Source: Octopus sinensis (taxonomy: Eukaryota). From it: DNA of 64,000 nt. The notes under the pieces are model-generated. The model was given only the letters and a program-made list of their open reading frames with translations, was not told the DNA's origin and searched no databases. The position numbers and the translations under genes are program-made. Where the stretch lies: positions 6,138,001 through 6,202,000 of the forward strand of contig NC_043001.1 in the NCBI RefSeq assembly GCF_006345805.1, written 5' to 3'. Each line of letters begins with the position of its first letter. Position 1 is the first letter of the stretch. This document shows positions 23,551-35,822 of this stretch, piece after piece.

Positions 23551-25474
23551 TATAAAAAGAAATGAAGAAAATGCTGACAAATAATTGAAGTAATTTAAGT
23601 AATTTAATTAGGTGAAAGTTCTTTTTACCGGTTGCGCATTTGTTATGCTTATCAAAATATAAAAGAGAGATTAGAGTCTGTCTCTTATATGTGAAAAAAA
23701 GAGGCTCCAGAGTTGTTTGGATTTGCTTGGTTTCGCGCCTAAAATTTTGATTGGTCATTATGAAGGGGTCACGTGAATGTTTGAATGGAAGTTGGTGTTG
23801 GGGTAAGAAAAAAGGCTCCAGAGAAGTTAAAATTTGGCTAGTGTCCCGCCTAAATTTCTTTTTGGCCATAATAAAGAGGTCAGGTGAATGTTTAGAATTT
23901 TCGAAAATAGTGTTGTTGAAAATTCTATTGTTCAGGCTGGTCAGTAGACGTCATGTGGATATTTTAAATAGCTTTTTAGCGCGTAGTTAGGGAGTGTATT
24001 TTCCGCTTGACTGGATAAGTAAGTTCGTTTAGAAAGGGAGAGCTGTATGTATGTATGTGTGTGCGCGCGCGCGCGTGTGTGTGTTTATATGTATGTTGGG
24101 GCGCGCGCGCGTGTATATATGTGTATGTGTGTGGGTACAATTTTCAATATTTATAGTTCTGCTGGCCTTGTGCCTGTATCGGGAAGCAACGTATTTGTGT
24201 GAAGTCAATATTTACAGCCATTTCCAAAAAATAGTGTTGGATGTTTTGCACCCGTATTCAATTATGTGTATGTGTGGAACCATATATTGTGTGTGTCATG
24301 GTGTTAATATCTGGGTAAGGTGTGTGTAGGGTGTGTGCAGGTGTAAGTGTGTTTGTTGTGGGTTCGTGTTAGGGGCATGTGTTTAGAAGTGGTCTGTATT
24401 TATTAATAAGGTGGGATTCCATGGTTATTCGCTGGGTATGAGTGGCATTGTCTTTAAATTTGTAGAGGGGAAAGATTCTAAAATTGGGATGGAGTTGTGC
24501 GGCACAGGTATCAATATGTGCACTAAATGCTATTTTTCTATATTCCTGTATTTTTATTTGGGATCTGTGGACAGTCATGCGTTGGCGGAGGCTATTTTTT
24601 GTTTGGCCTATGTAGTGTTCATTACAGCCCGAGCAAGTTAAGACATATACTAGGTTTTCTGATGCGCATGTGAAGTTGTGTTTTACTGTGAAACGTTGTC
24701 CTTGTTTAAAAAGGAATTCCGGACCTTCTATTAGGTTGATGCTATACCACAGTTGGGTCTATTGCATTTGTTTACTGTGGGTTTAGTTGTTGTGGTTGGC
24801 AGTACTTTGGCATTTGTTAGGATGGTTTTCAATGATTTGGGTTGCCTTTTGCTCTTTATGATTTCGTGTGTTAGGAGGATTTGGTTCATTCTATGGTCCT
24901 TTTGTAATACAGGAATGTTCTGGAGGATGGTGTCAAAAGCTTCATTGTTGAGGGGGTTGTGTGTAGAGATGTATGGTAGAGTGTGGGGTTTCGATGTAAC
25001 AGGTTTAGGGCGTCTAAAATACACTCCCTAACTACGCGCTAAAAAGCTATTTAAAATATCCACATGACGTCTACTGACCAGCCTGAACAATAAGGATTTT
25101 CAACAACACTATTTTCGAAAATTCTAAACATTCACCTGACCTCTTTATTATGGCCAAAAAGAAATTTTAGGCGGGACACTAGCCAAATTTTAACTTCTCT
25201 GGAGCCTTTTTTCTTACCCCAACACCAACTTCCATTCAAACATTCACGTGACCCCTTCATAATGACCAATCAAAATTTTAGGCGCGAAACCAAGCAAATC
25301 CAAAACAACTCTGGAGCCTCTTTTTTTCACATATAAGAGACAGACTCTAATCTCTCTTTTATATTTTGATAAGCATAACAAATGCGCAACCGGTAAAAAG
25401 AACTTTCACCTAATTAAATTACTTAAATTACTTCAATTATTTGTGAGCATTTTCTTCATTTCCTTTTTTATATA
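23551..25474 (-). mobile_element. 5'-truncated Penelope-like element with ~455-bp inverted terminal arms
   Basis: 23551-24002 and 25016-25474 are reverse complements flanking a GIY-YIG coding remnant; both ends lie at TA tracts. Confidence 0.88.
24369..25015 (-). pseudogene. PLE ORF C-terminus: linker, C-x4-C-x2-C and GIY-YIG endonuclease (two frameshifts)
   Basis: KCNRPNCGI/CINLIEG...FTCASENLVYVLTCSGCNEHYIGQT/LRQRMTVHRSQI...QRITMESHLINKYRPLLN. Confidence 0.88.
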
Positions 25475-25506
25475 TCACCACTCGTGTTCGACATCTCCTT
25501 TTTTAA

Positions 25507-25690
<184 letters not shown>

Positions 25691-27974
25691 ATATATATAG
25701 ATAGATACATACATACGAACATCCAGACATGCATATGTACGTAAATTTGTATATACATACATATATACAAACATACTTACCTAAACGATAAAGTATCACG
25801 AGTTATGAGACAATAATATATTTCTCTAACTACTAATAATTCTTGGGATTACTGCTGTTTTGCTGCCTGCGAAACGGCTGTAACGATAATAACGATAAAT
25901 GGTTGAATAAATATAGCCTTCTCTCGTAACTCTTGTTTTATGTTTTGTATGCTCTTTATGAGATAACTGCATTGATCGGATGTCCTGCATTTCCACTGCT
26001 AAGAAATCTTCATTATACTTGTTTCTATTTATTTTGTATATGATTTACTAGCCGTATTCCGTATTCCCTGGTGCTTTCCGCTATGAACACATAATCCTAT
26101 GATTCGATATATTGCGCTATATATGGTCTAGCGTATGTATGTGATTTTATTCTGTGTGTGTGTATGTTTATAAATGTTTCCACTTTCTTATACATCTATG
26201 TATAGATGTGTTCGTGTGTGTGTGTGTATGCATTTGTGTGTGTATGTCGAAATTTCTTTAACTCATATCAGTATGCAATGCTACCAATCAGAACTAGAAT
26301 CTTAACGCAAACAACAGATACGATTTGGTTCCAATTTTTCTCTGCTGTTCTTCATCCGTCTTGAAGAGTCTATACCGATAATAAGTCAGAGGCAACAATG
26401 CATCAAATTTTATTTAATTATGTGAGGTGCTCGATAAACCTTCAAATGCTTTACTTCACAATGTCCGATGATCTCTGTTGGTCAAAACGTATCTTTCATT
26501 CCAATTCATTTCAGTACTGAACATATTTCAGCATGGTTCCCGACTCCACACACAGATATATACTTGTTCTTTTTAAAACTTACTGCTGCCCAAGAGAGTG
26601 TCTGTCCCCATATCTCAAACGGTGATGCTGCTAGGAGTTAAGACACCTTTGATTGCAAGGAGAGAACGATTATTAAGTCCGATATGCATTAACTGAATAT
26701 GAAGCATACTCCAGCATCTAGCACACAGGCATGTTGATTTATTCTCTGTCTTTTCTAGCACTGCTAACACTGTGTCTGCTCTATGCAGTTGGTTGTTGTC
26801 GTAGGTCTTATCCTGTATACCTGTAATCCCCACCATACACACAGAATTCCAAATTCTTGCCTCTTTCGTTTGTTTTAGCACATTCCAGCAATAATCTTTC
26901 GAATCATTCCCTTCACTACGGACATTCGAACTTCTAGACATTTCTCGCATCAGTATCATTACTGTAGATATGGACCTGCAAAATAGAGATCGGACCATTA
27001 CTACAAACACTCACTATTCTGAAAGAATCTCCGCATCTGTTCCTTCCTCCAGACACAACCGTCTAACCAAACATGTAAATTATAAAATCTTTAATGGCAT
27101 AATTAAAAGTTTATTGACATGTGAATGTTCGATCATACGTAATTATGGAGATAACTTAATTATATTTTAAAATATAATTAAAAATATATTATTTATGATG
27201 AAGTACTTGTAATTTACTTGTAGAAATGAAATGTATTGTTGACTTAAGAGTGATATTAATACAACGATTTAACTCATTATATTTCCATTATGGAGCAAAA
27301 TATTTCTTTGAGACAAGATAAGATTTCTATATTACAAATTCGGTGCTGTGATTACTGACTACTGTCTGATGCCAAAGTTTCTTTTATTGACGAAACATTC
27401 CAATGGATGTTTGCAAATATATTTTGTTAGAATCCAACTATTTGTCGATAAACTGGTGAATGCTCTCTGAGAAGAGCTCTGAACATGCACAGATTTTGGT
27501 GAATATATGGGTTTGTAATAATCCGCATATTTCAGTGCATCGACGACAAATTGTCGATACAGAACCAGTCAAATACTTGATAGTAAAATATGTGATGCTT
27601 AAAGTTTGGTAATTTACAGAATTGTTTATTGGAATGGAGTTTGCAAACAGCAATATTTTGCGATATCACTGACTGTTTAGTAACATTTAACCTAAACCAG
27701 TTTGATGGAATTCCGATGTAGCAGAGCAGTTAGCTGGAAGGCAAAAAATATGCCAAAATAACGTGATATAACAGTCTCAAACGTAGGTGAAAACAAAATT
27801 TAGCCTGCCGGGATGATGTGTTTTTTAACACATTAATTTAAGCGATAAGATTTCTCAGGGAAGTTAACAAAGCCTTTTGCGTGTAAAATAATAAAAAGTG
27901 AGGAAAGACAAAGAACTCCATCAGTCAAGAATGACCATCAGATCGAACCTAGAAAGTTACTCTCCGAGGAAATA

Positions 27975-28212
27975 AGTTCGGACAAAGTTGTTTATAAAAG
28001 ACCAACAGTCTCCCATGCATACCAGCCTTCTCTCTCAACTCCACCGATGTTGTCCAAGGAAGAGGTAAAGTGACCGATACAGCATGGCACCAGTGATGTT
28101 GCATCTCATTTCTACAGCTGAGTTGACTGGAGCAACGTGAAATAAAGTGTCTTGCGCAAGAACACAACGCACAGCCCGTTTCGGAAATCGAGCTAACTTC
28201 CTCATGATTATA
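27975..28212 (-). mobile_element. Degenerate tRNA-derived SINE
   Basis: gcatggcaccagtg...ggactggagcaacgtgaaataaagtgtcttg...aacacaacgcacagcc SINE-type core and a degenerate B-box region. Confidence 0.6.
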
Positions 28213-28690
28213 AGACTGATATTCTAACCGCTCTTTTGTTCGATGTGCAATTAATACATATATTATTTAAGGCGGAGATCAGCTGACCTGTAGATATAAA
28301 TATCTCTGAAAATCAAACACAACGAGGATTATCTATGGAGAACTGCTTCGAAACCTCCAGCTTCTATATCCAGACTATGAATTCATATGTATAGCAATAA
28401 TAATTGGAGGACTAGGTTTTGTTAGTAAATGCTTAAAGGAGAATCTGGATTGACTGGGATTTTCAAACAGAGAAATCGACCGGCTGATTCGTACATTACA
28501 AGTGCAATCTGTGAGTAGTACAGTAATCCCAAAGATGGAGCCTTGTATGTGTGTTGGAAACCGGCTAATTAAAAAATAGAAGAGACACAATTATGTCTAT
28601 ACGTAAATAAATATATAGACATATTTATGTGTGTGAGCGGGTGTGGGTTTTAGTAGGTGCCTGGGTTTTTGCTTTCGTTCCTTTCTATAT

Positions 28691-28823
28691 GGCCGTAAAT
28701 TATCGGTGCGTCAAAAGAAACCGGTTGAAGAAAAAAAACTGATTGCGGTCGATTCGTTCGACTACAATTCTTTAGTGTAATGCCACAGTTTGGTCGCAGT
28801 CTTATGACTATACTATGTAAATG

Positions 28824-28826
<3 letters not shown>
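28691..28826 (+). mobile_element. SINE 3' fragment
   Basis: caaaagaaaccg...ggtcgattcgttcgact...ggtcgcagtcttatgact is similar to the 3' part of the 61571 SINE. Confidence 0.55.
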
Positions 28827-28916
<90 letters not shown>

Positions 28917-29116
28917 ATATACATAAATCATGTACACATGTATCAAGGCATACAACAGTAAAAGCAAAATACATGACGACCTACATTAATTATGGAGAGG
29001 TTTTTGCAACAGCCACGAAGCAAGTGGTTTACATTACACAGAGAGAGAAAGCTAATAAGGAGACATTGAGCGCATACGCACATAGAAACACACATAGATA
29101 TACACACACTCACACT

Positions 29117-29153
<37 letters not shown>

Positions 29154-30081
29154 TATATATATATTATACACACACACACATATGTATATGTAATATTTAT
29201 ATTATTTGATAATCACATATAGCGTATCAGATGAAATACATTTATTTGTTGACGATACAATATATGTATGTGTCTGTGTGCATGCGTCGACGTGTGTGTG
29301 TGTGGGTGGGTGTGTGTGCGTTGACAGCAAGAGAGAAAGAGAGAGAGAGAGAGATACAGAGTAGATCGGTACATAGATATGGTTAGAGATAGACCCCTAT
29401 AAATATACATACACACACATAACTATACCCACACACACTCACGTGTATTCTATTCAGTGACACACAGAAAAACTAATAGAGGGAGAAACAGAAGTAAACA
29501 AAAGTAAGGAGCCCCGTGTGAGAGTGACTGAGTGTGATAGAATTATTATAGAAACACGGGGTGTATGGGTGAATGAGATTAATGGTATAAATGTAAAGGT
29601 AAATAAATACGGGGAAAGTGGATAAGATAATAAAGAGAGAATGTCATTTGAATGTGGAATATGGACGAATAATGTAGCCAAACGAATAAAAATCGCCGTC
29701 GTATAAATGTTAATAAAACAGACGCATAGCTTTATGTGGTAAATGTTGTTATATCGCTATTGTCTAACTTTTATCATAATGCAACTTACTTTCGTACATA
29801 CTGAATCACAGGAAAAGGAAGTAAGTGCTATACAATGTTAAAACCTAAAAGAAAACCGCGTTAAATAGCAGCAAATCATGTGTTAACGTTTGATATGATC
29901 CTACATAGATTCTATTGTGAATAGTTTTGACATCCTTAGCAAATTCACCAGATGGAAATGTTATTATTATGCGCTGCGAATTCCCATTCAATTCTGGTCA
30001 CGACCTGATAAAGAGATATAGAACAACAAGATGTGCGTTGGATACGTTGATCACGAAACGTTAAAATCGATTGTAAGCAAT

Positions 30082-30119
<38 letters not shown>

Positions 30120-30331
30120 TATATATATATACACATACACATACACACACAGTCACACATACAAACACTACACACACGTACACAAACACACAAAATCGTA
30201 TATATTAAATATTCACATATTTGAGCAAGTACCGATACATACACACATATATATATATTATATATATATGACTTCATACATATAGAAATGTATATGCACA
30301 CACACACACATATAGAAATGTATATGCACAC

Positions 30332-30427
<96 letters not shown>

Positions 30428-30461
30428 ATAGATAGATAGATAGATATTGATGTAGATATAG

Positions 30462-30502
<41 letters not shown>

Positions 30503-30543
30503 TATATATATATATATATTCATACATATATATATATTTATAC

Positions 30544-30576
<33 letters not shown>

Positions 30577-30645
30577 ATACACATTGCATTTAGTCAAATG
30601 TGCTTACCTATCGATCCCACTTTCTATCTTTATATATATATATAT

Positions 30646-30867
30646 AACGGGAAGCTTTATGAAAATAAACAAAAGACGAAGGCAGGTGGAAAACAAACGA
30701 ACAATTGTATTAGTATGGCGCTCAGGAAATATAAATAAAACAAGTCTTTAACGTTTCGAGCCTACGCTCTTCAACAGAAAGATACACAGAGAGAAAAACA
30801 CAGAAAGAAAGAGAGAAAAAAAATGCGTGCAGTAGCTAACGAATCAACATGGCGATCTCGTTAGCTA
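30646..30867 (-). mobile_element. Second copy of the 2520-2726 PLE-type element, in TA tracts, with a 10-bp inverted 5' end
   Basis: Near-identical reverse complement of 2530-2726; tagctaacga/tcgttagcta inversion; HHR variant at 30745-30782. Confidence 0.8.
30745..30782 (-). ncRNA. Hammerhead-like motif with CUGUUGA core and GUU triplet
   Basis: Identical to 2591-2628. Confidence 0.55.
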
Positions 30868-30868
30868 T

Positions 30869-30925
<57 letters not shown>

Positions 30926-30964
30926 TATATATATTATATATATATATTATATATTATATATATA

Positions 30965-30995
<31 letters not shown>

Positions 30996-31766
30996 CGTAC
31001 ATTCACAGAAGTGTGTGTATATATAAATATATGTGTGTGTTTATGTGTATATGTATATACGTGCACGTAGACTGATACATTCATACGTATATAGATAATC
31101 ATATCCATAGATGTCCGTAAATATATGCCTCGTTTGTTCTTGTAGAGATATACGTGAGTGAATATAGTTGTGAGTGCGTTTCTACGCAGTTAACAATTAC
31201 ACATGAAGATTTCATTCTATAGTTAACTCGTCTCTACACAGCTTAGACATCCGAATGAAATATTATCCGCGTGCACATAGTCACACAAATTTGACTGTTG
31301 TACATTTTGTATTTACTCTTTTCTTTATAATTTTTTATTCTTTTTTCTTTAGTTTTTATTTTTAATTAGTTCTCTATATATTCAATGTTCAAACCAGAGG
31401 ATGTTCAAATCTGACTTGTTTCATTATCAATTATTTCGTCTACCAACATTCGATTTTCGATTATTGATCTCTGCGTAAGTTTTAATGCCTGTAAAACCTG
31501 TTTACACCTGAGATAAATACTAATCGAGATCTTGAAAATATTTCGTTGGAACCAATTTTATATATTCTCATTCGAAACACATTTCATTCCACCTGGCAGT
31601 CAAGACTTATTTAGTTTGGGGTAGAATAGAGTTGCACATTACTCTCCACTGCTTCCAGGTTTCCATTGGCTCAGAGTGAAACAGCTTTTCAAATGGTACA
31701 GGTATGGCTCAAATCACTGAATATCGTAACTTGGCAAAAGCAGAGACAAGTGGATTGTTGTTTGTT

Positions 31767-32010
31767 CCTGGCTCATAAGGGACGGTTTCCCGGTTTCATT
31801 GGCGTATAGGTTTCCCACCTGGACGAGACTCCAGTCCGTCGCAGGTGAACTGCTAGATAAAGGAGGAAAGAGTGAGAGAAAGTTGTGGCGAAAGAGTCAG
31901 CAGAGTTTCGCCGTTACCTTCTGCTGTAGCCGTGTGGAGCTTAGGTGTTTCGCTCATAAGCACATACATCACTCGGTCTGAGATTCGAACACGCGATCCA
32001 CAGAGACGAG
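31767..32010 (-). mobile_element. tRNA-derived SINE
   Basis: B-box-like gttcgaatc; body is the reverse complement of 32676-32940. Confidence 0.7.
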
Positions 32011-32675
32011 AGGATGGGGAGATGGCACCTTTCAACGTTCATCAAATTGCATCACTGATGTGTGAACAAATTCTTATGTCACAAAAAATTGTCTTTAAGG
32101 ATTAAAGAATTTCAGTGCCTGAAATGTAAGTCTGAGAGAGCAGCAGACGAGCAGAATAGAAAAATTGGTAGGCACAGGTATGGCTGCGAGGTTAGTAGTT
32201 TGCTTGTCAGGTGCATGTTCTCATGTCGAGTCTCACTGCGTCGTTCCTTAGGCAAATGTATTTTCTTATAGTCAGGGTCAGACGGAAACATTCTGAACGG
32301 GTTTGGTAGACAGAAACTCAAAACAGGATTGTCGTTTATCTGTGTGTGTGTCAGTGTTTGTGGGGATTATGGGGGTACGGAGGTGTGTGTGTGTGTGTGT
32401 GTGGCTGTTTTTGTATCTGAGCTTGTTGTCCGCTATCGATTTTTAACCGGTGTTGATGTGTTTACGTGGCCATATCTTGGTAGTCCTGCATACAAAATTA
32501 ATATGAGGCTTTGTGGTCGATAAAAGTTCTGGAAGACGGTGACCAAGCATGGCCGAAGTCTAATTCCTAAAATGACAAAAAGTTTCAAGACAAAATAAAT
32601 GATATCAATTAGACTAAGGTAAGAGAAGAAACCCCTGTACTTCGCCCTGAAATACCAAAACCTATATGTTGAAAC

Positions 32676-32940
32676 GGAGGCACCTGGCCTAGTGGTTAGA
32701 GTAGCGAACTTGCGGTTGAGGGATCGCAGGTTCACATCTAAGACCGGATGATATGTGTGTTTATGAGCCAAACACCTAAGCTTCACGCCGTTCTGGCAGA
32801 AGGTAACGGCGTACTTTTGACTCTTTCACAACGACTTTCTCTCATCCTTCCCTCCTGCATCTCCTGCAACGGACGGGCGTTCGTCAAGGTGGGGAACGTA
32901 TATGTCAATGAAACCGGGAAACCTATCTTATGAACTAGGT
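32676..32940 (+). mobile_element. tRNA-derived SINE (same family as 31767)
   Basis: A-box tggcctagtggttagag, B-box-like caggttcacatct, shared body and tail gaaaccgggaaacc. Confidence 0.75.
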
Positions 32941-33267
32941 ATTGCTCGAGAAGGAACAAACATCAACATATTTAGATGGGAGTTCCTACAGGACATTCCA
33001 TATTAAATGTAATAAGTCGGAGTTTTACAGTGAATGTGACAAATATTAAGAGCAGCTTTGTGGTTCCTAACCTGTCCTTTGGCAGACATATTTTATATCA
33101 CTTCATTCGTATAAGTGAATAGTAGGCATTTTAAAATGGAATTAGCCGCATTTGCGTGCAGCCAAAGTAACCAGCTAGAGGATAGGGTTTTAGGTGGTAG
33201 ACAACATTTGTCGAAAATTATGTTCATTAAAGGGTCTGTATATCTATTGTACGTTATTTGTTTCACT

Positions 33268-33600
33268 CATAAGACTGCGGTCAACGAATAGATATCGTTC
33301 CTCTTTTTCAACCTGGTATCTATTGCATCATGCCTTTTTGGCAAACCGCTAAGTAAACGAGGATACAAATGCAGCGATAGTGGTTTTGAAACGGTGACAG
33401 GGGCTCAATAAGAGACACCGATATATATACATGAATATGCACAGGCAAGCACATACATACACACACACACACGCACGCTAACATCCCTTGGGCAAGTGTA
33501 TTTTACTGGTGCCTCGAGTGGACTAAAAGATTCAGAGGGGATTTCGGATTTGGTAGATGGTAACTGAAAGGAGCCCATTGTAGATATGTGTGTTTGTGCG
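33268..33600. mobile_element. Cluster of SINE fragments
   Basis: cataagactgcgg...aaccgctaag and ccttgggcaagtgt...ggatttggtagatgg segments match the 61571 family. Confidence 0.55.
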
Positions 33601-33671
33601 TGTGTGTGTGTGTGTGTATGTGTGTATGTGAGAGAGAGAGAGAGAAAGCTGCGTGTATGCATATACATATA

Positions 33672-33747
<76 letters not shown>

Positions 33748-33878
33748 AGTTCAGCAAAATTTAGATTCAGATGAATATGGTACTTAAGTTAAAGGCACCA
33801 AAATTTTATATGGTATTATCCATATAAATCCACGGGGTGATTATAATCAAAATAAGCAACAAGTATATCCGAGGTAAT

Positions 33879-33964
33879 GTGGTACGATCGTTTCATGCTA
33901 CTTCATTTTATTAAACTCTGTAAGCATTGCATCAGTTTTAAAACGTCGAGCAATCTTCAGCCAC
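33879..33964 (-). ncRNA. Type I hammerhead with long stem II insert
   Basis: gtgg-CTGAAGA-t-tgct...agca-t-GAAAC-gatc-GTA-ccac; palindromic stem III ACGATCGT. Confidence 0.75.
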
Positions 33965-34519
33965 CTTTAGAAATTTTTCAAACAACCGGACAATGCACAT
34001 TCTTATCCCTAATTCATTTGCCAACATTAGAAAGACGGTAGATATACAGCCAGAGAGGTTGATTTCCTCCTTAAGAACATGATTGTATTAAATCTACTCT
34101 CTGACTGTAGATTATACTTTGTTATTTAGATCTATCAGTAGGTAGGGGGATTTTGGGTTGGATGGAAACAAAGAGTTTTTCTATTTATAGATTTAGGAAG
34201 GGGTGGAACAAATGTCAAAACCAATAAATCTATTCTTATTCAGATGAACCCAGCCCAGATACATTTGAGTGCACTAAGCAAAAAGTTAGTATGTTGAAGT
34301 TAGAGGGGTAGGGGAAGATAGACTATAAATGCACTAGAGGTTTTAATGCCTGCTACCAATTTGACATCCAGAATCTATACTAAGAGATTTAAGTGAATAT
34401 AATTTAGACAATCAATACAGTAAGCATTATTATCTGATATAGGAAATCTAATATAGGGATAAAAAATACAGAAATCATTTCATATTTATATAAATATATA
34501 TATATATATCAATACTTAT

Positions 34520-34975
34520 TAATATATAATCATAATTAGCTAATAAGTGGTGATTATTTTAATGAGTTGAATTAAAAGAGAATGTTAGACATAATACTTA
34601 ATAATCGTGGAAAAAAACCTTATTAATTTAATACCTATATGAGGAGTCAATAAGATATATTGAGAAAATTATGGACGGGAAATAATCAAGGTGAACTAAA
34701 TAATTTCTCTAGATATATAGAATTATTTGTGAGTATTACATATTTAAGTATCCCCATTTCCATTAATATAGAATCATATTTAGCTAGTAAATGGTGATTT
34801 ATTTTATTAATGAGTCGAAATAAAATAATATGTTAGACTTAATATTTACTACCCGCGGGGAAACACTTTATCAATTAAGTGAATATATGAGGAGTCAATA
34901 ATATATATCAAAAAGTAATGGAGGGGAGGTAATCAAGATGTACCAAGAAAATTTCCCGAGATATATGGACTTTTT
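34520..34975. repeat. Diverged tandem duplication, period ~244 bp
   Basis: tagct...tggtgatt...aatgagt...tgttagac...atatgaggagtcaataa...taatcaag...agatatat recurs at 34537 and 34781. Confidence 0.75.
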
Positions 34976-35325
34976 TCTTTCCAATATAAGATAGTATTAA
35001 AAAAAAATTCTGATTTCATATATTCAGATTTATATATATAATGAAATTTTTAAGTAATCTATGCAGGTTGAATAAAAGCTAGTATGGTAAATTAATTTAT
35101 ATTTGGTTATAAGTTATTAGGATTTGAACATTTAGGAATGGTCAGAAAGCTATTATTTAAAATATTTAAACGTACGGGTAGCACTGTTTATGCAAGATGC
35201 TCCCAGTTCAGAACGGTTATTCAGTAAGTTTGTATTATTCCTATGCTTCAAAATTTCATATGTCTCCATAGAACAAAGTTGACATCCATCTCTACTATTG
35301 TACGTATGTATGTAACTATGTATAT

Positions 35326-35388
<63 letters not shown>

Positions 35389-35454
35389 CATGCTTACATA
35401 CATACGTACATATACACACATATATATTAAAAAGTAGAAAAATATCACAAGAAC

Positions 35455-35494
35455 ACTATTACTCAGAGTTTCACGTTCCCTTTCGTCGGACAGT
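35455..35494 (-). ncRNA. Hammerhead-like motif, core CCGACGA, weak stem II
   Basis: actgt-CCGACGA-aagggaacgt-GAAAC-tctga-GTA-atagt; element ends at TA ~35428; related fragment at 37853-37900. Confidence 0.5.
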
Positions 35495-35739
35495 TTTGTT
35501 TAGAATATAACAAAAATAAGGTTATATGCATAAATATGGAATTCGTTTGATAGATACACATTTAAAATTGTTTTGTTTCATTGGTCCTTTCGACTAACGG
35601 TTTCTTCCATGCAACCGGTTATTGAAGAGACCGTTAGTGTTTTGCTGCTTTTTAATAAAGCAAATAACACTACCTCTGGTGTTCAAGTACTATTTTTCCA
35701 ACTTGTTTCGCATTTATACGCTTACTCTGGTCTTTCTCC

Positions 35740-35822
<83 letters not shown>

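Larger units (their letters stand above)
33747..35300 (-). mobile_element. Penelope-like 3' remnant: end of endonuclease ORF, long 3' region, hammerhead, then (TA)n
   Basis: 35153-35296 encodes CQLCSMETYEILKHRNNTNLLNNRSELGASC, like PLE GIY-YIG C-termini; HHR at 33879-33964 on the same strand. Confidence 0.7.

Noticed and set aside
26615-27010. 131-aa minus-strand ORF
   Set aside because: No recognisable domain; probably a decayed repeat that I cannot assign.
32676-32750. tRNA gene
   Set aside because: A/B-box head continues into a SINE body and no full cloverleaf forms; the same applies to 37925, 46760 and 61571.
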